DNA of 64,000 nt from positions 496,001 through 560,000 of the forward strand of contig NC_088802.1 of NCBI RefSeq assembly GCF_011386835.1. Reading direction: 5' to 3'. The position numbers and the translations under genes were made by a program. Numbering within the stretch: position 1 is the stretch's first letter; every line of letters begins with the position of its first letter. Shown in pieces: positions 35,167 through 45,817 of this stretch. The notes beneath the pieces are model-generated. The model ran no database searches and was not told the origin of the DNA. It saw nothing but the letters and a program-made list of their open reading frames with translations. This DNA is from Chrysemys picta bellii (lineage: Eukaryota).

Positions 35167-38100
35167 TCAGAACATGCCCCCTCCACCCCATTCCACCAGG
35201 TATTGGACAGTGCCATCGAGGGTGACCCTGCGGGCCAGGATGCGGACAGCCTCCCCACGAGCCAGGCGCCCCATGGCTCCAAAGTAGCTGCTGCTGGTGG
35301 GGGCAGGGCCCGGGCACAGAGCGCTGGAGGAGGAAGGGGAGGCCAGGGTCTCAGGCTGGTGCTTGGTGCTGGGGGCTGGGTAGTTTGCGTGGGGCAGTGG
35401 AGTGTGGGTAGGGGGATGCTCAGGGCTCTCGCTCTCTGGTGCAGGTGCTTCGCGGGGGTCCGGGCTGGCAGTGGTGCTCCTGTTATAAAACAAGGTGGAT
35501 CAGGGGAGCCTGCACCATGAAATGCTCCTCCCCCCCCAGTCCCAGCCCAGGGCCTGCTCCAGAAAGTACCTGCAAAGCCCTAACGTTGGGGTGGAGCTTC
35601 CCCCATCCTGGCCCGAACCAGTTTTAGAACTCCTTTCCCTCCCAGCCAGAATCAATTCTAGAATGGTCCCTCTCTGCCCTCAGCCTGCTCTAGAACCACT
35701 TAACAACCCAGTCTGCCGTAGAGAAAACAGCCCTCGTTCTAGAATGTCCCATTCCTTGCTTTAGAGTAGATACCATCCCTTGGGGCCTGCCCTAGAAACT
35801 GGCCTCTGAGCTGCCTCTAGGAGAGAGGGGCTGCTCTACCGAAAGCATACTTGTCCCACTGCATCACAGGATCCGGAGAAGGTAATGCCCTGGGACCTGC
35901 CCCTGTCCCTGCCTCCCCTCACCTCAGGGTCCGGGCAGTGTTGGCGGATGGGTGGAAGGAGGCAAACATCCTGATGGGAGCACTGTGGGCAAGAAAGAAT
36001 GAGAAATGGGGTGAATGGAGGGCTGGGCAAGGCGGCACCCCCACCCTGCCGGTCCCTCCTCACCTCTCCAGGCAGCGGGCGTCAGTGCGGCGGAAGTTGT
36101 AGGTGCTGGAGGTGCCGCTGTAGCCACAGTATGTCTGGCTAGCACTGACGGGGGTCTCCACCACCTCCTGCAAGGATGGACAATCAGTGGGGTGCCCTGG
36201 GAGGGTCCCCAAAGCACAGGGCAGGGGGGGCTCCTGGGGCAATGCGGGAGGCTGTGGCATACCTGGGTGAGGGCTCTGTCCAGCTGCCACTTCTCCCTGC
36301 TGCTCCTCAGCTCCATGATGTCTGTGGGTTCCGGGGGGACCTTGCGCCTCCGTGGCCTCCGGCGCCCTGCCCCACTGCTGCCCTGCCCTGAAAGGAAGCT
36401 GTAAGAGACCCTCCTTATCTGCACAGCACGCAGGGGGCCGCGCCTGCTCCACTGGGAGCCCAAGGGGGCTGGGTCAGTGACCCCTGATAGGAACGGGAGG
36501 CAAGGTAGAAAGACCTGCCCAGGCCCTGTGCCCCCTCCTGACAATACTGTATCTGCTGCTGCGGACCTAACCTGGTCCCCACAGAACTTCCCAGGGGGAA
36601 TGCAGGGAGGGAGCTCCCAAAGTCCTCTCCCTCAGTCCCCCATCACATCACCTCAGTGGTGTCCCTGCACTCCCACCCACCATGCCCTCTCCCCTGTATC
36701 TCCACCCTATGCTGCCCTTTTCACCCTAACCCCTTGCTGGAGCCCTGGATGGTGGCTGAATGTGTGGGGCAGGAGGAGTTGGGACAGCTGAGGCTGCTCA
36801 CCTGCTGTCAGTAAGTGGGGGCTGCCCCTGGGGTTGCTGAGCCGTGGAGCCACCATGGCCCCCAGGGCACTGAGGTGCAGGAGGTGGCACTCGTATGTGG
36901 AGCCCAAAGAGACCCTTCCGCTTCTTGATCTCCTTCCCTGAAATAAACCTGGAGAAGAAGAGAGACCAGACTCAGATCTGCAGGGCAAACAGCTCCCAGG
37001 CAAAAGCATCAGTAGCGGCAATGCAGGGGTGTCCAAGAGCCTGCATGACTGAGCGGGTGTGAGAGCCCGTGAAGACAGGTGCAGTTTCAGGTGGGTGCGA
37101 GGGCGTGGCAGAGTGTGCATCAGCTAGCGTGGTTCCAGGTGGGTGGAAGTGTGCGGAGGGGCATGCAAGAGCTGGTGCAACTGGGAGTGGGTGCGAGGAC
37201 ATGGTGGAGCATGTGAGGGCCATTGTGTGTGTGAGGGGGGCAGTGCAATTCAGTGAGGGTGCAAGGGAGTGGCAGCACATGCAAGGGCTGCCGTGGGTCC
37301 AGGTGGATGCCAGGGCATGGCAGAGTGTGATTCAGCGTGGGTGCGAGGACGTGGCAGCACGTGTGAGGGCCAATGTAGTTCCAGGTGAGCGAGAGGCAGT
37401 GGCGGAGCATGGCAGGCGTGTGGAAGCAGGGGCTACATAGGCAGAGCAGAGTGTTACAAAAGCTCCTCCCACCTGTCTTTGTGGCTGCTCAGGGCACTCA
37501 GCAATTGGCTGTACCGATCCCTCTTGGTGTATCCGAGAGCTGCAAGGACCAAATGAGAATGGATGAGGGATCAGTGAGGGCCATGGTCCAGAGACCCTCC
37601 ATTGCCTCCTGACTTCTCCACTTCTCCCACAGCATATCCACCCAGCCAGCTCCCAGCCAACCCTTGGAGTCCCTCCCACCCCATTCCACCCTCTCCTGGG
37701 TACCTCTCACCCAGGTCCCCAACCTTCCTCTCTCTCCCTTCTCTCCCACTCCTTGCTCATCTCTCTACCCCAGCCCTGTCCCCGTCCCCTTCCCCCTGCT
37801 CCCCATTCCTGCAGCCCCATTCCCCACCACTTCCCCCTGCTCCTTCTAGCCCTGTTTCCTCTCCCCCCACCCCTCATAGTCCACTCTCCCTGCAGCCCCC
37901 TTCCCACACCCAGCCCACCTCTCCTAGCAGCAGGTTGTCCCAGTTCTCGCTGGCAAACGGCAGAATCTCCCGCTCAAAGTCAAAGTATTTCTTTTTGCAG
38001 CAGATGCTAAGGTGATAGAGAATGAGATGGGCCACGTCCACCCTGTGGGGAGAGGGGGAAGGGTCAGTGCTGGCATGGTGGGGACATGTACTGGAGATGT

Positions 38101-41100
38101 GGAGGGGGGGAACCAGACTCACCATCTCAGGGGAAGTCTCCGTACGCTCTCAGGGCCCCCAGTGCAGACACAGCACTCGAAGACATAAAATCTGGAAGAG
38201 ACCCGAGGTGTGTGAGGGAGAATTAATCCTGGATCTCAGGGACCTCTCCCGCATGTGCCCGCACCTGTCTGTGTAGGGGAGTGAGAGGATCTTGCCTCCC
38301 CACCCCTGAATCTCCCTCTTGTCCCCTCACCTATATCCACAGGTAGTGGGGTGGATCTCACTTCCCTCCCCAGTCCCTCCATGCCCCCTCACCTGTCTCC
38401 ATAAAGCAGTGGCTTGCTCAGACACTGGGTACATGCCTCATGGAACCACTGGGCACAGCTGCAGCACTGCAACATCTTCAGGTTCCACCTGGGGGAGAGA
38501 GGGAGGCTGAGTGAGCACATGACTGAGGGGCAGCCTGCCAGGGGCCCCAGCACCCTCCCAACTGGAGAGAGAAAGGAGTTCACCTGGGGCATTTGCTGAC
38601 CCACTCCAGGCACCACCCAGCTCTAGAAATGCACTCCTCTCCACCCCATGAGCAGCTCCAGAAACCAGGGCTTGGAGCAGAGCCCAGAGCTGGAGCAGCT
38701 CCGGAGCAGCGGAGCTGCAGGTTTTTGCCTGGAGCTGGAGTGGAGCCGGAGAACAGCTCCAAAACCCTGCCAGAAACCTACCTTCTAGTCCAGAAACCCC
38801 ATCTCATCCAGCCTAGAAAAATCTCTCTCCCTTGGTGCAAGCTGCTGTAGAAACCTCCCCCTCCACCACACAACTCACTGCAGAAACTTCATCCCAGTCT
38901 ACAGCACTCAATCTGGAACTTGTACTGGAAAAATCTCATGCTGGAAGCTGTTTGGGGAATTTGTTTTACAAGGACCATCCAGCCTGGCTGGAGAAAAGAG
39001 CCTACCCCAACACAAGCTGCTTCAGGGACCTGTGAAAACCTGACCTGACTTTATAAACACTGTGCTACTCCCATGCCAGAAAAATCCAATTCCAGAAAGC
39101 ACTCCAGACTCTTTTCTAGAAACTGTATCTAACTTCAGAACCCAATCTAGAAACCCACTAGTTCAGAGCTCACTTCAGTACCATCCTCCCAAACCAGAAC
39201 TGGTCATAGAAAAAAGTTCCTCACATATTTAACCCCCACTCCCCACCATGGACTTTGCTGTGGAGACCTCATTCAACCACAAGACCACTTCTAGAAACCA
39301 TGCTCCTTGTTCTGAGCTAGCTCTAGAAATCTCTGGCTCCAACACCTGCTCTCGAAATTGACCTCCCTGTGTGAAGCCTGCTCTAGAAACCTCTTCCAAT
39401 TCCAGAACCTCCTCCCAGTCCAAAGCTAGCTCTAGAAATCCAAATCCAAATGGTCTTGCTGGACCTAGATAGAACTCCTGCTAATTTATCTCTGAAGTTA
39501 GAAATCCCTTTGGGGCAGAAGCAGTGGGTAGGTGTTACCTGCTCTATCAGGATCCAAATTGAGGGGCCTAGTTGCAATCTAGATCTGAAATGCTGCTGCT
39601 CAAAACGCCCACTTTGGCAGGAACAGGAACATTCCTGATTCCTGCTCTTTGTCACAAAGAAGCAGATGCAAGGGCAAGTGCTGACCTCAGGAATCTGCAA
39701 GACCAGAAGGGGAACTTACTCTCCAGGGCCTCCACAGTAGCAGTAACACTGCTGCCGATTGGTCAGGTGTGCAGGATCCCACTCCAGAGCCTTGAACTGA
39801 TAGGGCAGCACCAGCTTCATGCTCAACATGGCCTTGGCATAGGGGCCTTTCTTGAGCGCACCACCCCTCTGCAAATGAGAGAACAGAGAGAGGGCGTGTG
39901 AGACAGGCTGGACACAAATCAAACAGATCCATCCACAGAAGGACAGGAATTGGGAGGGTGGGGGGCCTTGAATCAGAGGGATGCACCTGCTGGGGGGAAG
40001 GGGACTCATGAGGGGATGGGAATGAGAGAGGCTAACCTGCTGGGGGGAGCGGGAGCTGGGGGGGGACACTTGCTATGTGGGGGACAATAGGAATCAGGAC
40101 ACCCACCCCCTTTTTATCAAAGGCATCACTGGGGACACAAGGGGATGATGTCTGGCCTCCCACACCTGCCAGCCCCGTGCTCACCTTGGTGGCCACAGCG
40201 AAGACACACTGCCGGCACATCCATGCACCAAGTACCCCAGCCCCATCGGCTGCTCGCATCCAGCACTCTGGGCAGGTGGCACTCCTGGTGGTAGGCTGCA
40301 AGGGGAGACAGCTGGTGAGAGAGGAGAAAGGGGGGTCCCAAGATGGCCAGAGGATGGCAGAGGAGGGGAGCACCACTTACTGTGCCCACATTTCTCACAC
40401 CGCACCAACTGGTTCTCTGGGCTCACGGACTCCGAGTAACATACGCAGCAGATCTGCTCCTCACCGGGCACGGCGGCTGTGGGAGAGAATGGAACCTGCC
40501 CAATTAATACCTTGCTGGGGGCAGCCCAAGGTTGGGATAGCAGGGGGCTGCAAGTCAGGACTGAGGGGCACCAGCAGAGCTGTGCATATGGAGAAAGCAT
40601 AGGTCTGGGATAGCAGGGTCTGAGGGCTGTGAGTGAGGGGCACTGGCAAAGCTGTGGGTGGGAAGCCCAGGCCTAGGACAGAAGGAGGCTGTGAATCAGG
40701 ATTGAGGAGTACCGGTAGAGCTGTGTGTGGAGGGAGCCCAGGGCTGGGGTAGTAAGGGGAGGAGCAGTGGGTTGGGAATAAGAGGCATCAGCAGACCTGA
40801 GAGGGCTGTGGGTCAAGACTATGGGGCACTGGCAGAGCTGCGGGGGGTGAGAGCCATGGGACTGTGGGCTTGGAGTGAGGGGCATGGTGGCAGAGCTGGG
40901 GCTGTGGGCTGAGAGCGAGACTACATCAGGACTCCAGTGCTCACCAGGGTTAATGTCCTTCCAGAGCACCAGGAACTGGGAATTGTCCTCAACTGCACCA
41001 GGCAAACCTGCCGTGAAGCATCCACCTGCCAGAGGAGAGAGGGGTGAGTGAGTGCAGGGACAGTCAGAGGAGGCGGCCCTAGTGTGTGTGTGTGGGCTTC

Positions 41101-41296
41101 ACTCACCTTCTTGATGGTACCCCAGATAGAGCAGGCCATCGGTCCAGCGGGCCAGCACATCCTGCCCCTCCCAGAAGCGGGGCCGGCTGGGAGCCGCAGA
41201 AGGGACCGGGGCAGCTGGGCGTTTCCAGGGGCCGGAGGTCAGGCGGGAGCTCGTGCGTGTCACCCGGGAAGTCTGAGCAGGTAGCTCGCTCGCCAT
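35167..41296 (-). CDS. PHF1: PHD finger protein 1 (Polycomb-like 1), 580 aa when repaired; four 1-bp frameshifts as assembled
   Basis: Exons 41296-41107, 41025-40945, 40476-40381, 40295-40185, 39868-39720, 38488-38393, 38191-38123, 38042-37919, 37539-37473, 36948-36802, 36398-36263, 36167-36064, 35982-35923, 35479-35167 (1743 nt). Tudor ([18 protein letters not shown]), PHD1, PHD2 (WNLKMLQC...[10 protein letters not shown]), EH domain, C-terminus [13 protein letters not shown]. Confidence 0.95.
38610..39620. repeat. Degenerate repeat with TCTAGAA core in a PHF1 intron
   Basis: About 7 exact TCTAGAA (38622, 39116, 39146, 39291, 39322, 39382, 39431) plus variants. Confidence 0.65.
40520..40920. 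repeat. Degenerate relatives of the 66-bp satellite
   Basis: gggggctgcaagtcaggactgaggggcaccagcagagctg-type units. Confidence 0.65.
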
Positions 41297-43329
41297 CACA
41301 TTGTGACCAATCTGCCATGTGAGGGGAGAGGGTCAGTCACCTGCCAGAGCTCAGGACAGAACCCAGGATTCTTCATTCCCAGCAACTGCATCCACTCCTG
41401 TGGGGTTCCTTTACATAGCAAGGGGGCATATTCTGAGTGAGAGGAGGGTCATAGATCTGGGGAGCTAGCCTTGGATTTGGGGTACCATTTATTAGGGGGT
41501 CTTCCAGAGTGAGGAATGTCTCAGAACCAGGGGTCATTTCTTGGAGGAGATCAGAACTAGGGAGGGATTCTCTAGGGTTGTCTCAGACCTAAGGGGCCTG
41601 ATCTGGGGTGTCCCAAATTCAGGGGCCCCTCTCTGTGGTATCTCAGATCTGGTGGACCGAACACTACGGTGTCTGGGATCCTGGTTTGTCCTCTCTGGGA
41701 GGATCTGGGGATGTGTCAGATTCAGGGGACCTGCTCTGGGATCTGACAGTTTCTCAGATCTGAGGAGCCCAGTCTTGTGGGTCTGAAATTCAGGGGGTCC
41801 ACACCGAAGTGTCTGGGATCCAGGAATGTCTTGGAGGTGGGGTACCCTCTCTGGGCGATCTAGAATCTGGGAGTGTCCCAGATTCAGGAGGGACTCTCCG
41901 GGGATGTCTGGGATCTGGGGGTATCTTCAATTTGGGGGGCATCTTTGGGGAGTCTGGGGGGTGTCCCAGGTTCAGGGGGCACTTGTCTTGGGGGTCTTGG
42001 ATTTGGGAGGGGTCTCTCAGGAGGATCTGAAATTTGGGGTGTTCCAGATTTGGGGGGCTCTCTGGGGGGATTCTGTGACCTTGGGGTGTCTTGGATTCAA
42101 GAGACCCTCTCTGGGAGGTAAAAATATCTTGGATTTGGGGGGTCTCAGTGGGGGGCTTAGATTTGGGGAGGATCTGGGGCCCTCTCAGGGATGGTTCTGG
42201 GGCAGTCTCTGATTCAGGGGCCCCTGGGATCTGAGAGTGTCCTGGATTCGGGGCCCCTCTCTGGAGTGTCTCAGATTAGGGGGCTTTCTCTGAGGTGAGT
42301 CTGGATCTGAGGTGCCTCAGATTCAGGAGGGCCCTCTGGGGTGGGTTTGGGATATGGTTTCGCTCAGACTGAGGGCATCTCAGTTGTGGGAGCTCTCAGA
42401 TGTGGCAAGAAGGAAGTCTGATTTGGGGGTGTCTCCTTTTGGGAGGATGGAGGGGCTCTCTGTAGCTGGCAGCCCATCTCTCTCCCCTGCGTGGGGGAGG
42501 GGGTGCTCCCTCCCTCAGCCTCTCCTGCCCTTACCAGGTCTCCGAGTCTCCTGTGAGGGTGGGGGCCGGCTCTCTCCCCTCCCCAGTCTGGGGAGGGGGG
42601 GGCTTCTCAGGGCTGAGGAGGCTGCCCCGGCCCTCAGGGGCTAAAGAGCAGGCCCCTCTGCGGCTCCATCCTAGAGCTGAGCCCAGTGACGCAGCAGCAG
42701 CAGCCGCCAGAGCAGGGGAGGAACGAGGGGGGATGCGGAGAGACGCTGGGGAGGGGACCCCCCTAACGCCCCCCTCCTGGCGCTGCCTGCAGAGCAGGCC
42801 CTCGGCACCCCCCTCAGGACCCCCCCTCCCCCGGATCTGCACTGACAGTGGAGCACAGCACTAGACAGCTAGGGGGGGCGGGGGATCTTCCACCTCTTAC
42901 GATCCAATTCCCTGCGCCAGCCAGGGTGGGATCACGTCCAGCTTCACCTACAGGAGCCAGGCCTGGACTCCTTTCCCAGCGCCCTGAGCCAGCCAGTCCC
43001 CACCCTGGGCCAGAGCGGAAATGACGCCCCATAGAGGGGAAAGGCCCCATGTCTCCTTCTGCAACCAGCCCTGGGGGTCACTCCTGTCTCCTTCCCTCCC
43101 CACTGCCCCCTCCAATGATCCCATTCTGCCCCCCTCCATAACTTTGTGCATCCTCTTCCCTGCCCTGTCATCCCCTTCAGCAACCCTCTGCCCTGCCCTG
43201 CTGTTAACTGCCCTCCAGCTGCCTCTTTCCCTTCTCCAGGATCCACCCTCTCCTCTGTCATTCCTGCCCCCAGCCCCTGCCCCACCCTCTACTTCTCCCC
43301 TTCTGCCCCCTCCACATTACTCTCCAATG

Positions 43330-44630
43330 CCCCTTGCTCCTGCCTCTCCCCCCACCCTGTCAGCCTTACTCCTGCCCCTCCCCTCCCTTCAACTACCTCT
43401 TTCACCCCTCCCCTTCTCCCCCCACCCTGTCATCACTACTCTTATCCCTCCCCCATTGCCCCTTTCACCCCTACTCCTGCCCTCCCTCCGCCCTGTCAGC
43501 CCTTCTCCTGTCCCTCCCCCACTGCCCATCACCCCTACTCCTGCCCCACCCCTGTCACCCCTATTCCTGCCTCTCCCCTTCTCCCACCCACCCTGTCACC
43601 CCAACTCCTGCCCCTTCCCCACTGCCCCTGCCATCCCTACTCCTGCCCCTCTCCCTTCCCCATCAGCCTTACTCCTGCCCCTCCCCTCAACTGCCTGTCA
43701 CCCAGACTCCTGCCCTACTCCCCATCAGCCCTACTCCTGCCCCTCCCCCACTTCCCCTGCCACCCCTACTCTTCCCTCACCCCATCAGCCCTACTTCTGC
43801 CCCTCCCCCACTACCCCTGTCACCCAGACTCCTGCCCCTCCCCCACTGCCCCTGTCACCCAGACTCCTGCCCCTCCCCTCAACTGTCACCCAGACTCCTG
43901 CCCCTCCCCCACTGCCCCTGCCATCCCTACTTCTGCCCCTCTCCCTTCCCCATCAGCCTTACTCCTGCCCCTCCCCTCAACTGCCTGTCATCCAGACTCC
44001 TGCCTTCTCCCCATAAGCCCTACTCCTGCCCCTCCCCCACTTCTCCTGCCACCCCTACTCTTCCCTCACCCCATCAGCCCTACTTCTGCCCCTCCCCCAC
44101 TACCCCTCCTGCCACCCCTACTCTTCCCTCACCCCATCAGCCCTACTTCTGCCCCTCCCCCACTGCCCCTGTCACCCAGACTCCTGCCCCTCCCCTCAAC
44201 TGCCCCTGTCACCCGGACTCCTGCCCCTCCCCTCAACTGCCCCTGTCACCCAGACTCCTGCCCCTCCCCCACTTCCCCTGCCACCCCTACTCTTCCCCCA
44301 CCCCATCAGCCCTACTTCTGCCCCTCCCCCACTGCCCCTGTCACCCGGACTCCTGCCCCTCCCCTCAACTGCCCCTGTCACCCAGACTCCTGCCCCTCCC
44401 CTCAACTGCCCCTGTCACCCGGACTCCTGCCCCTCCCCTCAACTGCCCCTGTCACCCGGACTCCTGCCCTTCTCCCCATCAACCCTACTTCTGCCCCTCC
44501 CCCACTTCCCCTGCCACCCCTACTCTTCCGTCATCCCATCAGCCCTACTTCTGCCCCTCCCCCACTGCCCCTGTCACCCAGACTCCTGCCCCTCCCCTTC
44601 TCTCCCCTAAGCCCTACTCCTGCCCCTCCC
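43330..44630. repeat. Pyrimidine-rich VNTR between the PHF1 and KIFC1 5' ends
   Basis: Units such as ctgcccctgtcacccagactcctgcccctcccctcaa and ccccatcagccctacttctgcccctccccca; almost no G on the plus strand. Confidence 0.92.
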
Positions 44631-44639
44631 CTAGCCCCG

Positions 44640-44968
44640 CCCCCAGACTGCCGTTGGCCGGTTGGCGTGTGCCTTCTACTAGCCTCCGTCCTTGCAGCGC
44701 GCGGCCACAGCGGCAGCTCCACTGGGTCACGTGTGGGTTGTTGGTAAGAGGAGGCCGCCGATTGGTCGGGGCTCGGGAGGAGCCGTCCAATCGAGAAGGT
44801 GAAAACAGTGGATTGGTTGCATCTCGAAGAGAACGGGGCCGTAAGGAAGCGACCAGCCAATTGGCTGAGCGCGAGATGCGCGGCAGCCAACGGGCGGCGG
44901 CTCAGTGCGGGCGGTTTGAATTCGAACGTCGCAAGGAGTCGGAGGAGGCGCAGCCAAGGCGATAGCTG
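44640..44968 (+). promoter_or_regulatory. KIFC1 G2/M-type promoter and non-coding exon 1 (possibly shared with PHF1)
   Basis: GTCACGTG 44726-44733; CCAAT boxes 44761, 44787, 44812, 44857; CDE-like TGCGG plus 4 nt plus CHR TTTGAA 44915-44920; donor CTG|GTGAGA at 44968. Confidence 0.8.
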
Positions 44969-45099
44969 GTGAGAGGCGCGCGGGACCCGGACTGTCCCCC
45001 TCCCCCCGCTTCCCGGTGGGGCGGCGCGCGGGCTGGACTCCCGGGGGGGGAGGAGAGAGGCCCTGGGGCGGTCAGGTTCCTGAAGCACCGCGTGGGGGG

Positions 45100-45420
45100 G
45101 CGGAGGTAGCGCCATGGGGTGCAGGTGTTTGGGGTTGGGCTGGGGGGGTGGAGGCAGCGCCATGGGGTGCAGATGTTTGGGGTTGGGCTGGGGGGGGCGG
45201 AGGCAGCGCCATGGGGTGCAGGTGTTTGGGGTTGGGCTGGGGGGGGGCGGAGGCAGCGCCATGGGGTGCAGGTGTTTGGGGGGGTGGAGGCAGGGCCATG
45301 GGATGCAGGTGTTTGGGGTTGGGCTGGGGGGGTGGAGGCAGCGCCATGGGGTGCAGGTGTTTGGGGTTGGGCTGGGAGGGCGGAGGGAGGGCCATGGGGT
45401 GCAGATGGGTGGGGTTGGGG
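45100..45420. repeat. ~49-bp G-rich VNTR in KIFC1 intron 1
   Basis: aggcagcgccatggggtgcaggtgtttggggttgggctggggggg, about 7 copies. Confidence 0.9.
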
Positions 45421-45817
45421 AAGTTCCTGTTTCCCCTCCCCCCCACCCCTACCATTCACCTGCCTGTCTCCCCTTCTCCCCACGGGTTCACTTCAGAGCC
45501 CAGGACCCCAGCCGCTCCGCCCAGACCGGGGGGAGTGCTGCAGTGGGGAGTGTGACTTGGGCACAGGCGCTGAATCTGCTCCCATTGGCTTCCGCCTCCC
45601 TGTGTGGAAGGATTTTGCTTGGTCTCAGGTGAGCCCTCCACTCATGGGTACCAACCAGATCCTGCCCCTCCAGAGGGTCTCACCATGGCAGGGGCTGGGG
45701 TGTGACGGGGTGTGTATGGGGGGCGCTCACCCTGCTCTGGGCACACACACAGGCATCGGGGTGTCTGTATAACATGTGACTGATCAAGCCCCCTTACTCC
45801 TTCCCAGAGGTCCCCAC

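Noticed and set aside
41103-41318. Upstream ATG (MADWSQ...) as the PHF1 start
   Set aside because: It lies just upstream of the likely acceptor at 41311 and is out of frame with the Tudor domain.
43021-44965. Long Pro-rich ORFs (331, 533, 543 aa)
   Set aside because: They arise from a C-rich minisatellite lacking stops in several frames; no domain and no splice context.
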